In this document: positions 11,160-21,600 of the stretch, piece after piece
How positions within the stretch are numbered: position 1 is the stretch's first letter
How the letters are laid out: each line of letters opens with the position of its first letter
DNA from: Saccostrea cucullata
Taxonomy: Eukaryota
Assembly (NCBI RefSeq): GCF_032062105.1
Contig: NW_026938905.1
Location: 1-64,000, forward strand
Direction of reading: 5' to 3'
Length of the DNA stretch: 64,000 bases
Position numbers and translations under genes: made by a program
Notes under the pieces: model-generated
Told to the model about the DNA's origin: nothing
The model's database searches: none
The model's input: only the letters and a program-made list of their open reading frames with translations

Positions 11160-13267
11160 TGTCAAAGAATTTCTTGAGTTGAACCCCCCACTTTTAAGTT
11201 TGTGACTACGCCTCTGGTACACAAGTATAAACATGAAGTCTCTGTTGAGACTGTAGCTCTACTGGTTTGTACTTATAACAAAGGATGAGAAAAGAAGCCA
11301 TAGCTTTTTAAAGGAATTTCACATTTCTATTTTTAGTAACCATGGCAACACCATTCATCGAAATCAAAATCCGATGCAAAAATTTATATATCTTAGTGTA
11401 GTCTACTTGTGTGCCAAGTCATATTGAAATCAGACCAAAATTGTAGGAGTAGCGTTTTAAAGGAATTTCACAGAAAATTCTATTTTTAGTAGCCATGGCA
11501 ACACTGTTCATCGAAATGAAAAAACGATGCACTATTTTATGTATCTTTGTGTAGTCTACTTGTGTGCCAAGTTATACTGAAATCAGATCAAAATTCTAGG
11601 AGGAGTAGCTTTTAAAGGAATTTCACAGAAAATTCTATTTTTAGTAACAATGGCAATACTGTTCATCAAAACAAAAACCCATGCACTATTTTATATATCT
11701 CTGTGTAGTCAACTTGTGTGCCAAGTTATATTGAAATAAGACCAAAACTGTCGGAGGAGTAGCGTTTTAAAGGAATTTCACAGAAAATTCTATTTTTAGT
11801 AACCATGGCAACACCGTTCATCGAAAAAAAAACAAAAAAAAACGATGCACTATTTTATGTATCTTTGTGTAGTCTACTTGTGTGCCAAGTTATATTGAAA
11901 TCAAATCAAAGTTGTAGGAGGAGTAGCGTTTTAAAGGAATTTCACAGAAAATTCTATTTTTAGTAACCATGGCAACACCGTTCATCAAAATCTAAAACTG
12001 ATGCACTATTTTATGTATCTTAGTGTAGTCTACTTGTATGCCAAGTTATATTGAAATCAGATCAAAATTGTAGTAGAAGTAGTGTTTTAAAAGAATTTCA
12101 CAGATAATTTTATTTTTAGTAACCATGGCAACACCGTTCATCGAAATCAAAAACCGATGCACTATTTTATGTATCTTAGTGTAGTCAACTTGTATGCCAA
12201 GTTATATTGAAATCAGATCATAACTGTAGGAGGAGTAGCATTTTAAAGGAATTTCACAGAAATTTCTATTTTTAGTAACCATGGCAACACCGTTCATCGA
12301 AATCAAAATCCGATGCACTATTTAATGTATCTTTGTGTAGTCTACTTTTGTGCCGAGTTATATTAAAATCAGACCAAAACTGTAGGAGGAGTAGCGTTTC
12401 GAAAAATTGTTTACAGACAGACGGACAGACAGACAGCTAGACAGACAGACGGACGACGGACACCTTACTATCGCATAAGCTCTTCTGGTCTCTGACCAGT
12501 AGAGCTAATAAAAACTCAGATAATCCTCTCCAAACTGTACATAAAATATAAATAGCCATACAACATTTAACAATATAATAAACATGTACATAGAAGAACA
12601 TTTGTTTTTTCATAATGAAGATGATACAATGTTGATATTGTTAAAATAATTTCTACAGATAAATGTGAGATAAAGTGACTCTTACTGTAATTTTTTTTAA
12701 AAATCATTTACACCATTTCTTTTTTTTCTTCATATTATCAACACTACACTACAAATATAATCATGATAATTATTCTTAATCCCACATATAGCTTATAAAT
12801 ACTACCTTTAAAAATAGATTGAAGATAAAGCAAAATTGAAGCCACAAAAAATTCTAAAGTCAATAAATTAAATTTTGAATTAAAAAAGAACTTATGTCAA
12901 ATATATATCATAACAGTATTATACACTTTTTCCTCTAAGTGCCGTTTTAACCAAGTGCCATTTTAACTAAGTGTCATTTTAACCAAGTGCCGTTTTGCAT
13001 ATTCCAGGTGCTGTTTTCACCAGGTGCCATTTTCACTAGAAATGAAATTTAAACTAGTTAAATAGAGTAGGTATAAAGAACTAGCTAGCTTTAAAAAGCT
13101 AGGTAGGTTAAAATAATCTTTGGAGTGGATATGTGCAAAATGTGAAGGTAATGATCGATTAACTATGCATTGGATGAAGCTTCTCATCTTTTTTTGAATT
13201 ATTGAACAAAAGATATGTAAAAAATGAATAGTTGACATACCTGCATTTGCTTTGGGGCTTGTGACAT
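7711..13267 (-). CDS. LSM7: U6 snRNA-associated Sm-like protein LSm7 (114 aa, 4 coding exons)
   Basis: Exons 13267-13241, 9562-9457, 9222-9151 and 7850-7711, all GT/AG, 345 nt. Protein MSQAPKQMQQSGDKDKEKKKKETILDLAKYLDKTIRVKFSGGREAAGVLKGYDPLLNLVLDDTTEYLRDPDDPYKLTDDTRSLGLVVCRGTSVVLICPSDGMEAIANPFVQQEG closely matches metazoan LSm7. Confidence 0.97.
8043..8263. mobile_element. MITE (TA-flanked, Tc1/mariner-like ends) in LSM7 intron 3
   Basis: TIRs TACTGTATAAGTAGAAATT and AATTTCCACTTATACAGTA, with internal GCTAAAA repeats. Related copies lie at about 8750-8830 (partial) and 31290-31518. Confidence 0.75.
9617..9849. mobile_element. MITE in LSM7 intron 1
   Basis: Perfect terminal inversion TACCGTATAGCGGGTT and AACCCGCTATACGGTA. 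Confidence 0.8.
10252..13041. mobile_element. Non-autonomous DNA transposon with repeated subterminal AAAACGGCAC motifs (hosts nested elements)
   Basis: Left end 10252-10357 has five AAAA(C/G)GGCAC units. Right end 12937-13038 has six inverted GTGCCGTTTT-like units, including the shared GGCACCTGGTGAAAAC and ATATGCAAAACGGCACTTG blocks. TSD not resolved. Confidence 0.7.
11229..12510 (+). mobile_element. HINE/Helentron with an internal ~155-bp tandem array (7 units)
   Basis: Subterminal IR TAGCTCTACTGGT (11254-11266) and ACCAGTAGAGCTA (12495-12507). Unit marker C(C/A)ATGGCAA at about 11340, 11493, 11649, 11803, 11967, 12123 and 12279. (GACA)n at 12413-12460 and a 3' hairpin at 12478-12506. Confidence 0.85.
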
Positions 13268-13750
13268 GATGATTTCGGCGATTTTTTTTCCTAAAGAAAA
13301 ACGTGCATAAAACGCTCGTTCAAACCGGAATGAAACTAGAGACGATTCTGTTAGAGTTTCTTTGAACAGACTTTAAGTTTCCGGAAAAAAAAGTTACACC
13401 AACGGATTTCTATAAAATGTCTTGCTTTTATCACTTTTTGATATTGGTTTCTTTATTGTATTTTAAAATAAATTCTTCTAAAATAAACTTCTGTTTTTCT
13501 TTGATTTATAAGCTTTTTCACTACGGGTCACGTTTCTTAAATAATAAAGTTCTATTGATTTAAGAAAGAGTGTTAGTCAGGCGTTCAAATAATACGTTAT
13601 GTATAACACAGATGTTCTCTCTCCTAGCTATCAATAATGCATAAAAGTTCGATCTTTGTCCAGGTAGGAGAATTTCCTATTAAATACACACACACAGTCT
13701 TTTCCACGTTTTGAGGATCATTTTTCATTGCGGAGATTATTTGAAATCAG
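13268..13750. promoter_or_regulatory. LSM7 promoter, candidate bidirectional promoter
   Basis: Immediately upstream of the LSM7 ATG. CCGGAA ETS-type motifs at about 13325 and 13381. A + strand donor-like ATCA|GTAAGT at 13750 could end a non-coding first exon of the divergent gene. Confidence 0.4.
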
Positions 13751-14035
13751 TAAGTACATTCAAAAATTACATGTACATGTACCACTGTATGATGCTTTTC
13801 TCACATGCCGTTAATTAACTTTTCATTACATGTAACTTACTATATATGTACCTACATGTAGTTAATTACATACAATTCTACGGAGCATATGTTACAAAAA
13901 GATTAAAATTTACAGAAAGATTAAAATTTCCTTTTGTTTTACTTCATTTCTTATGAGCGTGTTTAGAATTTCGTCAATATCTCTTCACTGTTGAGTTCTA
14001 AATATCGCATGACAAATTAAAATTTAACCTTTCTT

Positions 14036-14347
14036 AAGGGGACGACCATTTGATTCTAAAAGGGGGGGAGCAGATACATGTATTTGTCCTCGAAAGTTGA
14101 AAATGAAAATAAATGATATGTCCCTGACCCTTCTCTCCCTGACCCCTCCCCCAAATTAGAGTAGTTGTGGGCCTGGATGTTTTCTTTTTTTTCTTTTGCT
14201 TGTTAGGCTTTTTCAGTGATGAAAGAAATAATTAAATTGTCCTTAATATTATCGGAGATGAATAATCTGTCCTTGACATGAAAAGAAATATTCTGACTCG
14301 AAAAAAATGCCAGCCCCCTCCCCTCAGAACCAGTGGTTGTCCCCTAA
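14036..14347. mobile_element. Degenerate MITE
   Basis: Inverted ends TAAGGGGACGACCATTTGATTCT and AGAACCAGTGGTTGTCCCCTAA, with G- and C-tracts just inside. Confidence 0.55.
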
Positions 14348-14594
14348 CTAGACTTTCAATATCACTAATTATTCAAGTTCAGGTAACATTCTCTTTACCA
14401 GTTTTGCATACATTAAAAAGTCAGATATAGGGATCTAAATTTTCTTTCCTTTAATTCTGTTGTCATATGCTAGTTGTAGAAGCACAGACAATCGACAATA
14501 AAGGGCCAACCTTACCCCATCCCACCCCCCACCCCCCCCCAAAAAAAATTGGTCTCCAATCGGGGGGATTTCTAAATAAATTCAAATTCAATAT

Positions 14595-14596
<2 letters not shown>

Positions 14597-14626
<30 letters not shown>
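14597..14626. repeat. (AG)n microsatellite
   Basis: About 15 AG units. Confidence 0.95.
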
Positions 14627-14627
<1 letters not shown>

Positions 14628-15601
14628 ACTCATGACTGTAAATTTAGAACCTTAAAGATTACAATTCTCTTCGAAAATTTTAACATATGTTAATAATATC
14701 TGACGTTTAAAATATTTCATATTTATATATTTAAAAAAAAAATAAGTAGGAGCTTTGAATTTCCTCTCTAAGGCCCCAAGCATCCAATCATCAAATCCCC
14801 CATGGAGAACCCCTGAATCTGAAACCGGTGAATTTTAATTTTGTAAACATGAGTCGGGCGCTACAGCACCGCAATCCACGTGTAATCGGGCAACACAAAG
14901 AACCCGTCGTTTGTGTGTGAGGATACAGTTTCATTTTTAAAAGCCAAGTTTTTATAAAGAAATGTTTTGTGTCATCCAATATGGCCAGATAATTCGTATT
15001 TACCTGCCATTTGGTTTTATTAACATTTTCCCCCGATTTTCTGACACATCGGAGTTATTGTATTGGAACGTTTGTTAAAACAGGAGTTTTTAATTCAGAA
15101 AATATTTTTCTGTGTTTGATGTGTCGAAAAATATGACGGATGTTGTGTATCGAAGCTAGTGTTTGCTAAACACATACTTTTGGAAGTTTATTTTTATTAA
15201 ACTTTATAGACGTTGGTGATGCTTTGATATCGTATGCTAGCATAGGATATGACAATACTTTGCTAAGAAAAGAGGAAAACTGAAACTGCATTTCAAGTGA
15301 CAATTTGGATTGTGAATTTCCATGTAATTTGTATAAATACCATCTTTGAAAGATCTTTTCCATCCAGTGACTTTTTACCTATGGCCAGATTGCAACTGAA
15401 GCGTCAATAATGTGAAGTGGTCAAATCCAAAATGTTTTAACTGTTTTATACAGATGGATATTTTCTGTTTCAACATATCTGCATTGACCCCTGACATAAA
15501 AAACGTTAATGAACTCCCCTCAAACGAGGGGTTTGCCACCTTAAACTTTATCACGAGGATGTCCACTTCAGTTACTGTGACGTCATAATCTCCAAGTTTT
15601 T

Positions 15602-18600
15602 ATGATGTCATCAAAATGCACCGACCTACCGGTAAAGGCTCCGGGCACCGGTCCCTGCTCGCGGAGACTCTGGGTGTTTTTAGTCTTAGGAGCTGTGGAC
15701 ATTGTTTTAGGACTCATCAGTGTTGGACTTTATTTCAACATTCAGGCTATCACTACCTCTGACAGCCTGACGGAAGTGATACCTGGGTATATCGTTTGTC
15801 TTGTGGTGAGTATAGTGTGTACGTATGATCGTAAAACAAGAATTCCATCGGAAAACCCCTCTTCAAATTAAAAAGATCACAGTCATTGTTATTTCAGATC
15901 GAGTGTGTTATTTAATGTGCAATTTCTGGCCTGTCAATTGTGGGCACTTAACAAAGGAAGAAAAATAATTGTGAGAATTGATGATTTATTAAATCACACG
16001 AGTATATAGGAGTAATCATATTTAGCATTGGGAGATTAAAACAGGGAAGATTTGTCTGTAGTACACATGTACCTATCGAAGCTAGCTGTACTCAGATTTG
16101 CTAGATAGGGTAGCTTAAATTATTCTCTGCACTTATTAACTAATATCCATGGAATATCCATGAATACACATTAAGGTTATACTAGCTTTTCCACTCTCCT
16201 AAAGAGCTAGGGTAATTTAAGGGTTGTTACGACCCTGCTATATTATAAGTTAAACCCATTAATAGACCTATAGGACAAGCAAGGCAGTGAAACATTAGCA
16301 AGGAACTGTTATCAAATTTTATCAGATGTTTCCTCTAGAAATGAAGGTGAAAACAGATGTAGTTAATGTTCGTATGACACTAGAGCTCGGCCTAATCACC
16401 GGCTTGATCAGAAGAGATCTAAGCGTCTTTACAAATCAGTGTGTTAGTGCTATGGGGTGAATTATTGAGAACTCGTATGTTTTAATACTAAAAATATTTC
16501 ATGCTCCAAAAACACAGACTTTATTGTACTTAATCCGCGACAGACTTCACACAGAGTTCAGATGTAAGGTGTGAACATAGACATTCTATAGATGTGTCTG
16601 CGTGTTGTCATAATTGTGCATATTACATGTATGTTGATCAGTTGCCAACCATATTGTACGAAATTTATGTTTCATCTGTTATAAAATCAATATCAGGGAA
16701 TATGAAAACTCTAAAACGCTGCAAAAATTTATATAATTTCAAGGGTATTAACATTTGACAGTCCTTAATTAAAGACATAAAAATGGGGGTTTTCTGTGAT
16801 AATACAAACACGGATTATATAGGCCCCCTTAACCAATCCGAAATTTTAAAGTTGGTGTCGTACAGTACTGGCATTGGTGCCACTTTTGGAAGCAAAACGA
16901 CCCAAGATCTGTAATGCTTGAGTTGAACAGTAGCAAACGGCCTTAATACTGTGGTCAACACTAAGGTGATCAAATGTCCATTGTCCTTCAAGAGTACATT
17001 TGTTACCCTGTCAAATGTCCCCGGACCTCGCCCAATCAAACGGGCACCTTGCCGTTAAAATTTCGGACATAATAACCCCCGTATTCCTCGTGTGTTGGAA
17101 TGTGTCCTCCTTTGTTCGGGACCCCCCTACGGAGATTTAGCTCTTTAATTGGACCCCCATTTATGTATTCAAAAATCCTCCATTGTCATCCCACGGTAAA
17201 ACCACCTGTCGTATTTTCCACGGTTCGCCGCGGGTCAAAGAGATCGACGGAGAGGCGAAATATTTCACCGTCTTTTTAATATCGTTTGATTTTGAAAGTG
17301 CAAGAAAGAGATTTGTATCACAAAGAAAAGGGATAGACCTTGAATGCAGCATTTGTGTCGCTGTGTAATTAAGGTCCCCAGACAGCGCCGAGGGATGCTA
17401 GAGAGCGTTCTGTGTAAAGAATTCGTTATCCGTGATCAGGGGTAAAACTGGCAAGCAGCCTTAAATTTTTGGTCCAGACCTATTTGAAGCTGAATATGAC
17501 GTCATAGAAAAAAATCTGGACTGTATAATTTTGTATCGTAACAATTAATAAGAAATACATGTATATACCAGTTAAAAAAGATCCTAGATCCTTATGCAAA
17601 GTCATTTTAATGGAAACATTTCTTTTTCGTGTACTTAACAATGGCTTGGTGTAAAATGCGGAGGATGGAGTCTCCACAAAACTCCAAAATGGAGGGTCAG
17701 AGAGTGCAAGGGGTGGAGCCTCTTGTGTCAATTTTTATACATTTGCCCGTTTTATGTTTCAATCATTTTAGAAGCTGGAAACAACTGGGTTGCTTGTAGA
17801 GTTCTCCATCAGTGATAAAAAGTGCCTGTCAGAATTAATTACTGAGTCTTGATACTGGTATGTCCCAAATATTTTATTGCAGATAATTATGCCATGCATA
17901 ACATATCGCAGATCACTTTGTCTTTAAATTATCAACAATTAAAAAGTATATTTCATAATTGCTGTAAAAGCTACAAAGGCTTCTGTATGCGTAAACCACA
18001 AAAAGAAGATACAATTAAATTACAACTGAAAATGAAATTTAGCACAAAAAAAAGATAACATGACTTTCAATTATATCAACAACAAATGAGGGGAAAAATT
18101 TTTTGTCATCTTTCCCTAGAAGTTTAGGTAATCTAGCCCTTAGCAATTTTAACATTTGGCCCTTCAGATATCTGATACCTATACTAATAAAATCTGTCAA
18201 GACCTCATGGGTTACTGCGAGATAGCAGTGTGAATCAGACAGTTTCCATTGCACTTAGCATCTGTGATATCGCAAAACAAAATTTAAATCACAAGCACGG
18301 GCTGCATGCCCCTCATTTGTTTCTCATATCTGTAGGTCATTTCGATTCTCATTTTGTTGTCTCTTTATCATGATGCTTGTTTCTCATTCTTTTTAGAGCA
18401 AAAAAATAAAATAAAATAAAAACAGTTAATGGCCAGAGTTCTCTAATAAAACAATCAGTTAATTTACTGAATCTATTATATAATTATTTTTAATTTTTCT
18501 AAAATGGGATAATATTTCTGAGTGAATAATGACATCACGGCACATTTCCAACATCGGACAGTGTCTTCGACAGCAATCAGATTTCAGATGGTAATAGGTA

Positions 18601-21600
18601 TTTTGTAATGAGGCCGACTTTCATTGACACCTTTATATACATATATCAGTCTATTTATATATATCTGTATAAAATATCACCAAAAGATAATAACTTTGAT
18701 GCTATTCTGTTTCAGTCAGTCTCTGTTATCGTTAAAAATTAAATAATCAGCAAAGCTGTTCCCCTCGTTGAAATGTGGTGTTCATTATTTTTTTTAATTA
18801 CCATTTCCTGTTTCTTTGTTTCTCATTTTGTATTTTATGGACTTTATAAACAAATGTCATCAGATACTGTCAAATGGTCATCACAAAATCAGGTTGGGAG
18901 ATATAACTGAGTTTCATTCACTCAACTTCAATGAAATTATTTTTTTTTAATTGTTTGGGTAATGTAACACTCTAACACATTCTCACGGAGTATCAGAAAA
19001 TGAGATGACAGATCTAATAAGCACATGCTAAATTTACGACAAGCACTATGCTCCACCTCCTGCATCATCTAACACAAGAGGCTCCACCCCTTGCACTCTC
19101 TGACCCTCCATTTTGGAGTTTTGTGGAGACTCCATCCTCCGCATTTTACACCAAGCCACTTAACAATGGCTTCTGAAATTATTTAAGAGATATGTTATAG
19201 TCAAGGACGAGACATTTCTCTGTTTTAAAAACACACACACACATATCACATTTACCTTAAAGTTTATTTGAATATGGGAAAATGTACTTATTTTGCTGCT
19301 TACTAAATTGAAACGGAAAAAATTCATCGTGACTTAATAAATAATCTACATATGTATGTGGATTTTTAACAAATTCCTTTACATTATAATACCACTTGGA
19401 TCCGCGCCCCAATCTGATCACACACGTAATTATACCTAACCACCATGAGAATGAGCGGGGATAATGTTGTTCCTCATTATATTGTCGTCTGTGAAGTTTT
19501 ATGAGTGCCAGACTCATAATTTCAACAGCCACCGAAATTACGTGTAAACGTTCTATCGACCTTTTCTATAAAGACCGTGGGAAAATAACCTGCACGCGCG
19601 GCGCTCTCAATTTTTCACTGAGGTTAACTCGCAATGCATGATGTAGGAGAAGATCCGTTTTAGCACTAATTTCTCAAAACCATCCCCACTCTTCTCTCCC
19701 ACAAGTTATTACATATATGTATATTGAAATAATTTAATTCTGGTTGTAACGCTGTATTTGATTGGATAAAAAATTATTTCATATTGTATAAAATGGGTTG
19801 CCTACGTCACAATGACTTGCGTCAAAAACGTATCAATCCGCCTGACGTTACATTCAAATTTTGTACAAACTGAGGTCATTTTGTTAGAACAATCATTTTT
19901 TTTTCTTACATCAAATTAATGAAAATTAAATTATAAGGAATGAATTTAATAGCTACCCATTTTATACGGTATAAACTGGGTTGGAACAGTTTACGCTTTT
20001 TTATAAACCGCTTCGCGGTTTATAAAGCGTAAACTGCCCCAACCCAGTTTATACCGTATAAAATGGGTAGCTATTAAATTCATTCCTTAAGTACATGTTT
20101 AAAATTATCTTCGGCCATTGTTTTAAATTAAATATACATGTTTATAATTATAAAATAAGAAATCAGTAAAGTACATGGATTCACTTTCCATGCAAACTGC
20201 AGGTTGTACTATAATTAATACTGTATAAACGTCCACATTTTTATGATTCAAAAATATATCAAAGAATTAGATTATTATATAAGAGCAACAGCTTTCAATT
20301 GAATATTAATATAGTTTAAGAACTTTCATTTTAAAAAAGAGAACAAGATTTACCAGTGATAGGGTATCTATAATTGTGTTAAACCTGTAATACATCGTTA
20401 ATCCCCGTTGTTAAAATAAAGCGTTAGACCCAGTGAAAGCTGATGAAGTGGGAAGGAAAAAGTGACATGATAAATTCGACATCTGTTTTAAGTTTAATTT
20501 AATAAACAACCCGGCGATGGTCAAAGAGATAAAAATAAAAACACGTGGGAACTGCAGGGGCCAACCATGGGGGAAAAGGAAAAATAGCATATCATTGTAA
20601 TAATAAAATACATAATGAAATTTATATTGAGAGGAAGTGAAGATTTATCTCTGAATGATATAATATACTTCATTTGAATATAGTTTAAGGGGAGAAAATT
20701 AATTCTTTCTCTTTAATGTCTGTAGAATTTTTATTAAAAAGGAGATAACCTCGGATTATCTCCCTTATCGCTGTGGTGTATCTGGCACACTTTGTTATTT
20801 TTGTGGGACAAAAGTTAACGTGCCAAATTAAAAGTGTTTATGCGATGGAATTTATGTAAATAACCCCACAGTTCAGACAGACACCCGATACTTTATAAAC
20901 CAATTCAAGCGAGACGAACTGTCGTCTGAACACACTTTTGTTTCGCCTGACTGGTCAGACATCGGGTTCAACACGTGGAGAGAGAGAGATGGTTTTTAAA
21001 TATATTCAGAATTCTTCATGTTTTATTGTCCGTAATGTAGATGAAGATGAATCATTAATCAATTCACTGATTTTATATTAAAAAAAAAAAAAAACTAACA
21101 AAGTCGTCCTAAAATCGTACACATACACGAAGATGGCAATACGTTTTTTTTTTATTCTTCAAATTGTGTCGTTTATTAAAACAAAATTTCTAATTATAAA
21201 AAAAATCTTATTTATTTAAAGAGCCTGGAATAAATATTTCTATACATACCCACCATTGTAACATTGTTCATTGTAAAGCTACAGTATAATACAGTTACAG
21301 CGAAGGCGTTTATAACGATTCACGTTTACTGGAAGTACAGTGTAATTGTATGCAGGTTACAAGCCTTTTTAAAACGTAACAAAAATAATGAACAATCTTA
21401 ATATAATTACTTTTAAGATGAAATTGTGTGTCTCTTGCACCTCACTTAAAGCGTGTTTTTTCTTTGCCTGTTTGTATTTCAACTTTCAAAATTACATGTC
21501 AAAGTTCTTTTATTGATTGCAGATCATAACTAAAATATCTCTAATTGACAATTTTTTGAAAATTATTCAGTAATTACATAATACATGTATTTCTCTTTGT

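Noticed and set aside
11300-12400. CRISPR-like array (also considered for 29750-30740 and 49960-50800)
   Set aside because: Units are repeated along their whole length with no unique spacers. These are eukaryotic TE-internal satellites and no cas genes are present.
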